From the NCBI RefSeq assembly GCF_009914755.1, contig NC_060930.1: 64,000 nucleotides of DNA. One strand, written 5' to 3'. Both the position numbers and the translations under genes were made by a program. This DNA comes from the human T2T-CHM13v2.0 reference genome, Homo sapiens. The notes below the pieces were generated by a model. That model was not told the origin of the DNA. It was given only the letters and a program-made list of their open reading frames with translations, and made no database searches. This document shows positions 1 to 14,840 of this stretch, piece after piece; the first letter of the stretch is position 1, and each line of letters begins with the position of its first letter.

Positions 1-332
1 ATGGCACATACTATTTCCCCACAACTCTCCCAAAGGTGAGTAACTAGACTTCTTACAACAGCTTGGAATATTTCTGATATAGCCAAGATCTACATAAGTT
101 ACGGAGAGACCAATTTCACAACTGTCCTACAAATCAGGAATGTTAGCTCTTCCATGTGAGACATGCAGTAGTCAAGCCTTCTGGTCTCTTAGCTATCTCA
201 ATTGCTGACTAAAAAATGAATCTGCCTAACACATAAGGCATCACATGCAAAAAGACCTGAAACTTAGCTGTACATAAAGTTTCAAGGAATGCGTAGCCCT
301 CATCTATGCTGAAGCAATATATCAAAAAAATT

Positions 333-825
<493 letters not shown>

Positions 826-3800
826 TCATCACAAATTTTACACCATCATCCTCACCACCGTCATTATTTCATCATAACATAATCTATGAGAATTCCCAGT
901 AGTGCCATGGTAACTTGAGTCTGAGTTTGCAAAGTGAAAGTTTCCTGGAGATGGAAAAACACAAGAGCTGCCTCAGATGGTAAGATTACCTTGGGTCTCC
1001 TACTGTTACCATCACACACACCAAAAGGAGACCCTTGCTAGGCAAAACTTGCAATGAGTGGAAAGCAGTGGTAACAGCACTTAATAGCCACTCTGCTACA
1101 GTTATTTCCCTTGGGCTGCAGTATGTGTGATTCATAACATAATGCATATAAACTCTCCCAACAGTGAAAAAGCCCTATTTGGGCATCTGATGATCCATGA
1201 ATTGAACCAAAGAAGTAACGATATAATCAGCCTGTAAAATGACCAACCCATTTTAAGAACTAAAAATCTATTTTTTAAGCAGAACTGAAACCCATCAACT
1301 CTTTACTGGTGTCCAGATTAATTTGCAGCTACAGAAATCTGTGGACAATGATAATAATTTCTTCAAGACCACAGAAAGAAATAAAAAGAAAGCCTTATAA
1401 ATAAGAAAACCTTACAAATGAGAATGTTCAGAAAGTGCTTTACTCAATGTCTTTATGCAAACTGCGCTAATTAATCTCATACAAACATGGATATTTTTGT
1501 AAAGCATAAGCCCAAGTGCCATTTTATGACCATATAATTTACAAGTCCTCAAATTACATTAAAATCACCACACACAGTGTTTACAGTTTAATTGCATGGT
1601 TATTTACCATTCCCAATCAAGTGTTATTCATTCAGTACCTCTTTGCCTGATCTTACCTAAAAAAGAAGACACTTTTATGCTGGATTTGAGTGGTAAACAT
1701 TCAAACATGGTAATACTCAAAGGCAACAAAGATGTGATTTGGAGTAAACAAATTCCATTGACAGAGATTTCAGAGAATGTCCAGGGAGAAAGAATGAAAA
1801 GAGATCAACATTTACTAAAATAACATTTCTTTGATTGTTTCAGTTCTACTGAAAAAAGGAAACTTCACTATCTACTGCCCAATATTTATGTAAAGCCAGC
1901 TAGGACTATTATCCATATTTTACATTATAAAAACATAGTTCTTCAGTCAAGAAATGTTTATTAAGTGCCATACACATTCCAGATTCTGGGGTAAGAGTAA
2001 AGTGTAAAAATAAATAAAGCATGGCCCTTTGATGAACCCACAGATTAGATAACCACTAAGTGTGTTATAGGCATTTCCACAGTTAAGAAATATTTACTAC
2101 TTATCATCCTTTTGTCACTAAACAATACCATCCTGAAATTAGAAAATCTCACTACCTACCACCATAGAATATCTGTCTTCAGGAAACTTTCTAAGGCTTA
2201 GTTTGTAAAACATGGAGGTGGGGAACATAATAGTACCAATTTTCCTTCAATGGTAATATGATTGTAAAGGCTGAGTAAGACTAAAAACTCTCTACAGATT
2301 CCTTCTTTGGGATCTGCCTCTGTAGCTGACTTACATTCCTACCCAGGCAAACTGAAGCTTTATTTGCTTTCCTACGTTGCCTAGCAACTCACAATGCCTC
2401 ACACCCCTGTTAGGATACTAGACAGTTATATCAGGAAACAGTTATTAGATAAATTAACTAGAATGACCCTTAATTCCTAGGATATAACTTTGAATTTTGT
2501 CTTTGGGGAGCTAAAATTTTTAATAAAGTGGTCCTCATTATGAAGTCCTCGGACCACCTGCATTTACATTTTATCACATTTTGAAATAGTCTTAGGGAAT
2601 AGACATTATTATCCATATTTTCAATGTGAAAAATTGTTAAATCAGTTAAATAACTTTCTAAAATTTAAATGATTAGAAACTGGGATTCAAACTGATATCT
2701 GCCTGTTTGTCCAGCACATAACCTTTGTACTACATCCTGTCACCTTTGGAAAAGTCAGTTTTAACATGTTGATGATTAATCTAATTTCCCAATTAATTGC
2801 TCAATTTTCATTAGGCCTCAGCACTTACGTAGATGCTAATATGTTTTATTCAATATTAAATCACAAAAAAAATCTGTAGACCATATACAGCATGCATGTA
2901 ATTCATATCTATACAACCACACACATTTTCCTTTAGGGAACTAAGAATGATACATGTAAAATGGTATTTATGTTCTTCATTGCCAATTTTCAAAACAGTG
3001 TCACCTTCTGCCTGTAACACATGCAAGTGAAATGTAGCAAACTAAGGTGATTACCTTTGGAAATTGTTGGCCCTAAGATATAGATATTTAAATGACTTTC
3101 AATCTGGAAAGTGCATTAAACATATGACCTGTCATTACCATCCAACAATTATCCAAATGGAATCTGAAATATAAAATTATTTCAAATGCTAAGGCTTTGG
3201 AGAAGCTTTGGAAAGATATGCGTAGAGGAATATAAGTCCATTTTGTGCAGTGAATTTTGATAATTGAGTCAAGAATGTAGTTACAAATTCTATATCTCCT
3301 ACTTTATATCTGGCTCTAAATCAAAGAAACTAAGTACAAAATGAGAGCATAGGATTTAGAGACTGGCATAAAACTGGAAGAAAATAAAACACAATAGGCA
3401 CAGGCCTCACAGTTTTTGTGGAATATCAGTAACTGAGGATTTTCTTTGGGCTCTGGCTGTGGAATATTAGATATCCATACATCCACTGGGAAGTTATTTA
3501 GTTGGTAGCCCTTTAGATGATACATGTATTATAAAGCATGCATGTTTCAAACATGTACATGATGGCTAAAATACAAGATAAGTATTAATATTAAAAAATC
3601 CACAAAAGATTTTTAAGGATGTAATTTTTTTCTAAGTATGTGTTATCAAGTGGAATTTGTGGATAAGCTGTTGTAGATCATGATTGGAACATGTCATTAT
3701 TAAAGAGTGATTAATATTTTAACCCAGTAAAGGAAAATTACAATTAAAGTTTTCAGAGCTGGAACACCTTAGAGGTGATCTTTTCTGACTCTTTGATTTC

Positions 3801-4929
3801 ACAAGTTAGGAAACAGATTCAGGAAATTAAATGATTTGTCTAATGTCATTCGGCTAATAGATGGAGGAAGAGATGGCGCTTGAATGATCTTTCTGGAAGA
3901 ACATTCTTTCAAGTTCACATTTTTCATTTAAATGAGTAAATAAAAGAAACAAAACAGCTTTTGTCAAAACTAAATTTAAAAACTACAATTACTTACAAAA
4001 AAGTCTTTTTGAATCCATACTGTATGCTATATGAATAGATATATCCCCCCAAATTTTACTGGATGTTAAATGGCTAAATTTCTACCTCTCATATTGAACA
4101 TTACCTTGTATATGTAGAGTACTGCACCGTTAGAGCAGAGAAAACAGAAGTTAATACAAATTGTGTTTTTCAAAGATCATACAGTAAGTGAAAAAGCTAG
4201 AGCTTCTATTTAGGACCTTGTGATTCTAGAACACACATCCTTTCTGCCTGGCTATGCTACCTTTCACTGAGATGGACTAGGAGAACAAGACACTTATAAC
4301 ACAGATCCAGCTAACAAAGTGATAATTTAAAAAAACATACACAGAGAAAACAAAGAAAAATAGAAAGTGAGAAAAGAGCTGGGGTAAACATAGAAGATAG
4401 AGAGAATGATCCAAATGAAACATAATAGGCTTTGTCTTTATCATCAAACATTTTGTCATCATATAAGTATAATTCATTTGAAGAATCTCAGTGTTGTGCA
4501 AAAATGTAGAATATTATAATCAACTTAGGAATTATCGTAATAAAACCCCTAGGAAAAATTACAATTAACTTGAGTCAATTAGATTTCTCAAGGATCCTTG
4601 ACTCTAGCTCTGGCTAACAGGATTCCTAATGAGACAATTAATATTAGCTAATATCAGTATGATTGATTTAAAGGGAACATATAATTATATAGATGTGTGT
4701 ATATAAAAGTATAGGTTTCTGTATGACTGTGCTTTACATCTATTCAAGTATTCAAAATTCTCAAAATATTTTGAAAGCATGTAAAGATAAGAGAATTCTC
4801 ATTCCATAGGTAAAAAGCTGAGATTTGAAAATCATGCATACTAGGGCTCAGAGGCAAGGTAAACAGCCTTAGAAAGCCAGGCTTTTGTGTGAACCAGCCT
4901 ATTGAAATGTCAGTACAGTTAAGGAGTGA

Positions 4930-5170
4930 GTTTGGGGAATATTTGTTGAGTGCCAACCATGTATCAGTCACTTTCGGCAAATCATCTCCTTACCCTTCAC
5001 AGTCTCAGAGGGATATGTCGTTATCCCTATTTTACAGATTAGGAAACTGAAGCTAAATAAGCTTAAATAATGACCAAAAAGAGTGGTCAGCATTGCCATG
5101 TATTGTTGTATACTGCACAACAGCATCTGGTAGTGAGGAGAGGCAAATTGGGTCTGCCATACGTTTGTGC
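4930..5170 (-). mobile_element. MIR SINE relic
   Basis: reverse MIR core 'ttatccctattttacagattaggaaactgaagct'. Confidence 0.7.
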
Positions 5171-6764
5171 TCTGCCTGCCCAGGGATGATCTCTGGCGTG
5201 GGGCTGTTATTACGGAGAAAGGAAGTGCCATTTTCTAATTTGCTCAAAGGTCAGCGGTCTCACAGAATTACAGAATAAAAATTTGAGCCCATTTATGTCT
5301 GAGACATAGATCAAGCTTTTTCTACCATGTCTTGAAGCCCCTGGCCCCCCTCAGAAAGATGCAATCAGAGTAAGTCATGAGTAGCTGCAGCCCATCTCAT
5401 TCTGAAAGGGCTGGACAATCTGAATCTTAAAGAGTTATTGAGGACAATGAAGGAAACTCTCAAGGAATTCTCCCCTGACTCTTTGAGACAAAACATTATC
5501 TGACCTTGAGATCTGAGTATAGATAGAGGGGGAGGAAAAAAACACAATTTAATATTGATTGAGCTGTTTCATTTGTACGATTTTCTAAAATAATAGAGTC
5601 ACTGTACCATAAATCATCCTTTGTGGTTTCACAAATCAGTGACAAGAGAATTGGCCCCATGCCTGGCACATAACAGGCACTCAATTCACGTAATTATCAA
5701 ATCGTACTAAAGGATTTCTGATGTTCTCATCAGTAAGAAAAGTGTTTGAGGATGGTAATGTAAATGGATGTATACTACCATTGATGCTAGAGACTTCATA
5801 TCTGGCTAATGACTAAACTCACATGCAATATGGAAGTCACAGTGGCTGCAAAGGAAAAGAAAGCCTAGGAAAAGGATTGGTGTTCACACTTTTCTCAGCC
5901 CTGGCATCTTTGCTTTTTCTGTCTCCTCCACTAGTCAATAAATTCCTTGGGGATAAGGCTCATGGAGAATCTAGTTTATCTTCAGCAGTTCACACTTAAC
6001 AAGTGCTCTGTGCATAGTAGGTGCTTAGTGAATGCTATTGAAGATATCAATGTTTCTATCTCCTCCCTCTCCTAATACTCAGAGTCATAAAATTGCCCTC
6101 TGGACACTCAGACCTCATATTCTATGTTAGAAAAGGTAGACAAAAGTTATGAAGAAAGTCTGCTTGGGGAGCAAAATATTAAAGAGCAATGGAAAACAGA
6201 TTGTGTTTATGTTCAGCAGTGCATGATCCAGAAATAGCCAGGATTCAGAGAAGAGAGACATTCCAAGAGCTCAGGCTGCTAGAAAAGGTCAAATTAAAAC
6301 TTAAAGATAGAGATGATGGGGACAAATTATGCAGGAAGAAAGAGCATCATAAGTGTAGAGAAAGGGGTTGAGAAGAATGAGTGTTCAAGAAAGGACTGTG
6401 AGAAGCTATTGACCTGGAGTAGAAAATCCTCATTAGAGGTGTTAAAGTTGGAAATTTAAACCTTAAATCCGTGGGACCCTTAAACTTGACCTTCTATCTT
6501 TAGTGAGAGGAGTGGAGTAGGGCTAGGGGTGAGCCACAAAAAGCTGAAGTGCTTCAGACAGTTTTATTTATTAATGTTTCAAAGTTTTAGATGATATCAT
6601 GTTTTGCTTAATATAATTTTACTCCACCCGGGTTAAATATTTCAATTTTAACAACAACTTTGTAGGAAATAATGTTTCATCCCAAAGTCAAGAGGTGGAG
6701 AGGTGAGGAGGAAATATTTTTGAGTCTTTGGGCTTTCTGGAGTTCTTTGAAAATCATACTTTGA

Positions 6765-7145
<381 letters not shown>

Positions 7146-8637
7146 TCTAAGTTTTCTTAAATTCAATCACAGTGTTGGCGCACTATATCGGAGGCAAGAT
7201 GTGCATGGATGTGGAGTGACATATTGGTATTACCACCATAGGTGCTGCCAACAGCCTGAAAAGTCACAAGAGATCTGTCTGTTCCAAGTTTCACTTCAGA
7301 AGCTTTCGTCTTTGCCTTCTCGCTTTTCAGTTAACCCATGGCTAAAATGGTTTTCACTTTTATAAATTGATTTAAAGATGATAGGAATACAAACAAGTCT
7401 AGTCCCAAATCAGCAGTCAGTATCAAATAATGTTGCTCTGTTGCCTGCTAGAATACTATGTTATTATAAAGCCAGATGTAGGAAAATGAATGCTAGCTTG
7501 GGAGGGTGATGACCCAGGTTTGAATCTCACATCTGTCATAGACCCACTACCTGGTCACTGTGTAGTGCTGGCTGCCAATAAGGATTAGTATCAGAGCTTT
7601 TAGTTGTATCATTTCAGGGAAGGTAATCCAATTCTTCTCAGATCTGTATAGCAATGTTTTGTGGTGAAATATATTTCCATGATAATAGATTTGAAATCCC
7701 AGTACACCAGAAGAAATATAAATATAATACAAACTGTTGCCATTGGGCATGGTTTTTCCATAGATTTGCTCTAGGGTCCCAGAAAGCAAGTTGCAGCATA
7801 TACTGATTCTACATATGCAGTATTGGCTGACTTGGGATAAACTGCCCCTTCATCCTGTATTTAGTTGCGTGAATCACAAATTTTTCTCTTCTCTATGACC
7901 TTCCTTTCTTTCAGAAAGGGAGGGAAGCACAAACTGTAAGTTTTATTAGGCAAAATGATATAATACCTTCCAGAGAAGTAGGTTTATTCTTCAATGAACA
8001 TATAGAAGTATTAATCTTTGGAATCATTTAAGACAATTTTAGGAACTGAAAGATTTCCAGCTACAAGACTTGTCTGTGATATGGTCAGAGTATGTTATAG
8101 GTGGGGAAGACCCTAGATCCTTTTAGGACTATAACTAGTAGAAATCTCTAAATAAGCTGGGGACTTAAAGGCAGAGAAGTGTATTCTTGTTTGAGCTTTG
8201 CCATTGTCTCTGATACCCTGGACCAATCACTTAGGTCTTCTTTGTTTTAATTGTTTTATTTTAAAATTGGGGAAGGAGGGTTGGAAACACTGGGTTAGAT
8301 TATTTAGTTTTAACACTTGCTGTTTTAGAGTCAATTTCATTTTTGAATGGGCAAATAAATAGATCCCAATAAAATAAACTTTAACAGAATTATGTTTGCT
8401 CTTAAATAGGGTCTCTTGTCAACTTACATGCCACCTGTTGATCCTAGCCTCCCCAAATTTCTCAATATGAACGCTGGTATTATTCTTATTATATAGTATA
8501 AGTATCAGTCATTTTCCTTGAATATCATGGTCTAAATGCGCTGAACAGGTCAGAGGTAATGTCCCAGTGTTGTAATATAATTATCCTTTTGGTTTCTACC
8601 CTCCAACCCATCTTTGAAGATTCTTTGAAGGTTTTCT

Positions 8638-8942
8638 TTTGTTTTGTTTTGTTTTTTTTTTGAGACGGAGTCTCACTCTGTTGCCCAGGCTGGAGTGCAG
8701 TGGCATGTTCTCAGCTCACTGAAACCTCTGTCTCCTGGGTTGAAGCAATTCTGCCTCAGCCTCCCAAGTAGCTGGGGTTACAGGTGTGTGCTACCACACC
8801 TGGCTAATTATTTTGTATTTTTAGTAGAGACAGGGTTTCACCATGTTGGCCAGGCTGGTCTCGATCTCCTGACCTCAGGTGATCCACCCGCCTTGGCCTC
8901 CCAAAGTGCTAGGATTACAGGCACGAGCCACTGTTCCCAGCC
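8638..8942 (-). mobile_element. AluS (Sx-like)
   Basis: full Alu body with CCTCAGGTGATCC; TSD CTTTGAAGGTTTTCT at 8623-8637 and 8943-8957. Confidence 0.95.
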
Positions 8943-10970
8943 CTTTGAAGGTTTTCTACGTAGACTGTGGCCTATACCTAAATATAGTTTTTTGTATGAA
9001 ACCCCTTGGGCACTTTCTGGTCTCTCACCTGTGGTGTGCTTTCTGCAGCCGTTGAACACATCGAAAGGTTTCGCTGTTATAGAATGATTTGTCCAAATCA
9101 CACTGTTTCTCCCCTAAGGCTTGTCTCTTCATAGCACATTCAGGTGTGTCTGCCTCTACTGGGAGCAGGGCAAATAGCTGGTTGGGGTTATGTTTTTCTT
9201 GGAGGTAAGATGAATGACTGTGTTGTTTGTCTAGGTGGTTTGGTTATCATCGTTCTTTTTTAACCTATTATTTTATGAATGGCTTCACTGTAATTAGCTT
9301 GTCTAAAGGTTTTACTTTCCAACAGAACTGATTTAATGTCCTCCCCATTTTTTGTGATTTCATCACCTACCACTAGAGCAGTATTTTACCTTATTCAAGG
9401 TGACCTAGGTTCCATGATTATTGAAGATAAAAGGAAAATGGAGATAGTATTCCCTGGAAATGCAACCTTGGACCACGGAGCTCTTGAAGCTGGTTTCTAT
9501 ATTCTTCTGCTATGCTTTTAGGGAGCATATGTGAAACTTAAATGGACAAGAATGATTTCAAAAGCATGCCTGCACAGAAAGTCCAGTGTGAAGCAGAGCC
9601 TGGAAAAGATTGAACAGATGTAGCAGGTGTAAACATGTTTCCTTATCTTGGTTCCTGGATTTTACATCCTCCTAGAAGACTCTCTGAACTGCAGAAAAGG
9701 GTTATTGGTACAGATGGTAAACTGCTAAAATGCCCAGAAGGTTCAAGCTCATCTGTGCTTTTAAAGAAGGGGAGGTTTGTGTGTTGTCTGACTCACAGGT
9801 GTTTGGAAGGCTCCAAATTACCTTCAGGTTTTTCTGTTTTACTTTGCTTTAACAGATGTCTTGGGTTATATGTTGGAAGCAGCCACTCCTTATGGTGTCC
9901 AAGTGTTTAAAATTGGAAAGAGTGTCCCAAGAGCAAGGGGGTGGAGTTGAGCTATTGGCACACAAGCCTGTGCAGTCATTGCAAATTGAGGCTCTGGGCC
10001 TTTCTTGTCTCTGAGCTTCTGCCACTGATTTTTTCCTCTGGTCACTGGTTCTTTATTTTCCTGCATTGCAGAGTTTGTATTGTACAATCTTCTTGGCGTA
10101 GACACTTCATTATTCCCGAATCTTAATGTGTCTTGTTCCTGTTTCTTTCTCAGCCTGTGGCTGCAACAGGTGCAAACAGGCTATGACCACATGCATTCAG
10201 GTGCTCTATTAGCGTGATTTCTCTGAAGCTAGCAACCCTTCTGTTACAGCCAAAGACTAGCACCGAAATGTATTAGCTTCCTTTCCCAGAACAGGAAACT
10301 TTCAGTGAAAAAAGCAAAGCTACGTTAGACTAACGTATAGTACAACAGCCTTCATTCTAAAACCTATGCCAATTCTATCATTCAGCCTGAATGTTTGTTC
10401 CTGCCATTTATCTCCTCCTACTTTGAATAAGAAGATGTAACATTTCCAGAGAAGAGCATTTTGTAAAATGTATTCCATGGGAGTTTTAATATGTCATATT
10501 CGGGGAAAATTCTATGTTGTCAAAAAGTTGACGAAGTCCTGTATTATATAAAAGTAAACATTTTTTTTAAAAACTCTAGGATTTCTTGGGGCCTTTAAAT
10601 GTGCTAATTTGTGAGTTGAGATCTTGATAAATGCATTATGTAGGATTTATCATTATTTATTTAAACAGGAGTTTTTTTCAGTATGTCATGAGACTAGCAC
10701 TCCTTAGAATACGCTTCTGAAAATATTTGCTTAGACAAAACAATAAGGCCCAGGAGACCCACATTTAGTAGCAGTTTGCCCTGGGGAAATTCAATACACC
10801 GTTAATGATGTTTTTAAAAATCATCATTAATTTGATGGGTAAAGGGAACTTTTAAGGGTTTAAGATTTTTTTGGATTTTCATGAACATTTTGGTTGATTC
10901 CCCAATACCTTTCTCCCCTGTACTTTTGTAGTCAAGTTATTTGAAAGAGATTGTTCCAATTCTCAGCTGC

Positions 10971-11591
10971 TGTTACGGGCTGAGTTCTGTCCTCCAAATT
11001 CATATGTTAAAGCCCTAACCTCCAATGTGACTATATTCGGATATGGGACCTTTAAAGAGGTAATTAAAGTTAAATAAGGTGGTGAGATGGGAACCCAATC
11101 CAATATGACTAATGTCCTTATAAGAAGAGGGAGGGACTAAGTCCTTATAGACAGACAAGAAAACAGAAAAAAATGCATTTGGAGCTCTCATTAGTCCCTG
11201 CCTGCAGGCTGAAGTTTTCAATTATGTGAACTAAGAAGTTTCTTCTATTACTTAAGCCACATTGTATTGTTTTATCTGGAATGAAAATCACTGTAACTGA
11301 TGTACAGTTTATATATTATAGGGGCCATAGTGAATCAAGCTTTGATATCAGGTTATATGCCTCAATTTGTGGTTCTTTTGGGTCTTTTAATTAGAGGAAA
11401 GGCCAGGTGAGGGCACAGTAGGAAAGTATCATCTGCATGCCAAGGAAAGAGTCCTCAGGAGAAACCAGGCCTGCCGATGCCTTGATCTTGGCCTTCTAGA
11501 CTCTGAAACTGTGAGAAAATAAATTTCCATTGTTTAAGGTACCCACCTGGTCTATGGTACCTTGTTACAGCAGCTTTGGCAGGCCAATACA
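10971..11591 (+). mobile_element. MaLR solo LTR (MLT1A/B-like), interrupted at ~11135-11395 by a locally copied segment
   Basis: TG...CA ends; 'aattcatatgttaaagccctaacc', 'gtccttataagaagagg', 'ctgtgagaaaataaatttc' match the MLT1A/B consensus. Confidence 0.85.
11151..11395 (+). repeat. local duplicate of 11875-12113 (~85% identical by eye)
   Basis: direct alignment; both copies contain 'ggggccatagtgaatcaagc...gcctcaatttgtggttct...ggtcttttaattaga'. Confidence 0.95.
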
Positions 11592-12028
11592 GTGCCCATG
11601 GGGCCTGTACTGGAATATCAGGGTAATCCCTCCCATCACCCCACTGCAATAGCTTTATATAACCCTGACCTAAGCCAGTCAGTCTCATGATATTTCTTTG
11701 GACACAAGGATTAATGTAGTGGTACTATTATTAACATAATCCTTGGACTTTTGTTTAATAGTGTCGAAACATGCCCTTTTGTTCCCCATGCACACGACTG
11801 AGGAAACACACAGCTTCAGGTGCTGCAGGCAGTCATCTTGTGAAGCTAGTCAGAGGGTAAGGGATGGAAGAGACACAGACAAGAAAACAAAAGAAATGCA
11901 TTTGGAGCTCTGATCAGTCCCAGCCTGAAGGCTGAGGTTTTCAGTTATGTGAACTAATAAGTTTCCTCTATTGCTTATGCCACATTGTATTGTTTTATTT
12001 GCAATGAAAATTATTCCAGCTGATACAC
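11592..12028 (+). mobile_element. older MaLR LTR (MLT1I/J/K-like), 3' part
   Basis: 3' end 'ttttcagttatgtgaactaataagtttcctc...gctgataca' is typical of old MLT1 LTRs; the 5' part probably lies left of 10971. Confidence 0.6.
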
Positions 12029-12967
12029 AGGCTACACAGGGGCCATAGTGAATCAAGCTTTTATATCAGGTTACATGCCTCAATTTGTGGTTCTCTCAGG
12101 TCTTTTAATTAGATAGATTTCTAAATCCTTTATAAGTAATCAAATTGTAGGTTTCAAAATATGATCCCCTTAATGGGTATAAGGCCACTAGACAGTCTAA
12201 TAGTGGACATATATAGGGGTAGGAACTATGTCTGTTAAGATTCAGCCAGTTATTAATAAAATCTGGCCCTGGAAATGTATAAGATGAGAAAGTGTGTCCC
12301 ACTTAGGCTGTAGAAATTGGGGTCTTCTCAAGACATTTAACAATATGAATTTCTAAGACCTGGGTGGCCCTTGATGCTGAAAAATGCATCTCTACAGCTT
12401 AATTCCTGGTTTCACTTGGGTAAAGCTGGCAAACTGGATCCATCCACTTTGGCTTTTCTTTTAAGCAAACCACATGTAAGCTTTCCTGAGCTTAAAAACA
12501 GAAATGAGGCCACCGCTGGAAGTAGACTGAGTCGAATTTCTCACAGGAGAGGGACATGTTAACTGGACAGTGTCTTATGCACTAGCAAACACTGCTGTCT
12601 CCAATTCTGGCTTGGCAGCTTACTCATGTTCTTGGAATTGGTCACTTTTTCATTTCCTGGATCTAGGTTTTGTCAACTGTATTTGTCAATTTTTGTCAAA
12701 ATTAACGATCCTGACTCAGGTTTTGTCCACAGGTAAAATTCAAAGGCTAGCAATCAAAACTTCAGACAATAAATATTCATTAAATATTTACTATGTGCCA
12801 AGCATAGTAAATATTTACTATGTGCCAAGACACTGAGGTATGTAAAACAGATAAAAATCCCTGTACTCATAGAATTTAGAATTGTGTGCGTGTGTATGTG
12901 CACATACAGGGATACAAATCTATATAATTGTATACAGTATGTCAGATGGGGAAAGGGGTTAAACACT

Positions 12968-13540
12968 TGTAGGTTTGTACTGTGTCCAACTGCCTAAGCT
13001 GGAACCATGTTTCCCAGCATCCCTTTCCTCGTATGGTTCCTGGGTGGAATTGGCCAAAGAGGAATTTTCGCAAGGTTTGGAGGTTGGAAATGAAGCAGCA
13101 GCCGTGCTATCTGCACATCATCATGGCTACATGCTGTGAAAGACGGATGCAGAGGTGCCAGAGCCTTCTGCCTCCTCCTCTCCCCTTGCTCTGTGTCCAG
13201 CTCTTTCTCCTGTCTGTCCTGCTGACCTACGGCAATCTCAGGCCGACCAATAGAAGCAGAGGCAAGAGCCTTCTGCTGACTTTACCAGCTCTCCTATGCT
13301 GCCCAATTCCAGCTCCATGTGCCTCACCACCAGTATTCTTTTGGAAAGCTCCTATTTGTCCATCATCTGCAACAGTGCTTCAGGAGGGCTGCTTCAGGAC
13401 ATTTCTCCAGCCTCCTAGTTCCCTTCTTAGAGGCTTTGTTCCCCAGTTGTTCTTTGTGTAAGGCCTTATTTCTATAATACACCCATGTTTCATCCCACTC
13501 TTAGTGGTCCTGCTTCCCTAGTTGAACTGTGACTGATACA
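12968..13540 (+). mobile_element. ERVL solo LTR (LTR33/LTR41-like) inserted in an L2 relic
   Basis: 'actgtgtccaactgcctaagctggaaccatgtttcccag' start and 'gactgataca' end; L2-like sequence on both sides. Confidence 0.65.
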
Positions 13541-14129
13541 AGCATTACGGAAAAGTAAGTAGGGTCAGAAACAGGAAGTGCTTATGGGAAGTGAGCTGTA
13601 CTTTTAAATAATATAATTGGAGAAGTCTTCACTAAGAAAGAGATATTGGAACATAAAGCCGAAGTGGTAAAGAAAATAATTTTAAAAAATCCTTTCTCAA
13701 GCACATGAAGACTATTCGAAGTATAATCAAAGTAATAAAAGATTTGGCGGAGCAACACCTACAACTTTATATATCTTATAATGCTGCATAAATATACTAA
13801 TCGCAAAAATACTCTATGATTTTCTTCAGAGTCTTCTTTTGAAGTTGTATTTTCTTAAACGTTATGGCATCTTGCTGAGGCAAAATCAAGACCAGAATTG
13901 TTCTTTGAGCTTTTAGAAGGAAAAGAGCTCTGCAGGTATGAAGCCATAAGGATAAAATATCCTCGTTAAGTCACATTGCTCCCTGACTACTGGAGCTCAG
14001 CCATCTATTTTCCCAAACACACTCCTCCAGCTTTGTCTCGCGTTTGCAAGAGCAACTATGAAAAGCAAACATGAAGAGTGTAAGGAAATCAGGGGAGACA
14101 GCCCCTGAGAAGGAGAAAGTGATATAGGA

Positions 14130-14610
14130 AAGTGTCTCCGTCGGGATTCGTGGAGATGAACTTCTTGGCTTTAGAGTGTTAAGACAGGATCTGCACTCAG
14201 CTGGTGTGCTAGAGAGAGACGAAGCCGCCTAACCAAACAATGCACAGAAAGGAGACCCTCTGCTCCTGTGTTTTTCTATCAGCCGCACCAAGGGCTTGGT
14301 TTCCTGGCAACCTGCCACGGTGCCTTCCCTCCGCGGAGGCTCGTCTGCCCCTAGGGGGAGCCAATCGGCTGTCAGCCTCCAAAGAGTGCCTGCTCATGGG
14401 ATGGCAAGCTGGCTCTCTTGCAGAGCGCAATTAAAGCATCTGCCAGGAAAAGATTGTTTTGAGGCAGGTATGCATTTGATAAATTGGTGTTGTGGGCATC
14501 CCATGCCAAGGTATCGGCGGTTGCTAATGGACAATTGTGAACTTTCTTCAAACTCCGAAGTCTTAAGCTAAATACAGGGCGGATGTCTATACACAGTACT
14601 CTTTAGATCG
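14130..14610 (+). promoter_or_regulatory. candidate promoter/first exon (RFX X-box + NF-Y CCAAT + CTCF/EBF-like site, splice donor)
   Basis: unique CpG-retaining patch; GTTTCCTGGCAAC 14299-14311; AGCCAATCGG 14359-14368; CCCCTAGGGGGAGC 14348-14361; CAG|GTATGC at 14467/14468. Confidence 0.55.
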
Positions 14611-14807
14611 TGGCAAATAGTACTCTCACCTATTTGATAATAAATCTGCCAAATTCCGATTTTGCAATGAAAAATGCTTGTTTCATTCTTGGTTTCGGTT
14701 TTTCTTAACTAGATAAAATTGGTTGAAATGAATATGTAATAATTTCATACATTTTAATACTTCAAAACGTATGACATTTTGCACATGTATTTCCCTACTT
14801 CTAATGT

Positions 14808-14840
<33 letters not shown>
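14808..14840. repeat. (CT)n microsatellite
   Basis: ctctctctctct-ttctctctct... abutting the FLAM tail. Confidence 0.9.

Noticed and set aside
12982-13461. 159-aa ORF
   Set aside because: Lies wholly within an LTR33-like solo LTR, starts at a non-ATG codon, no recognisable domain
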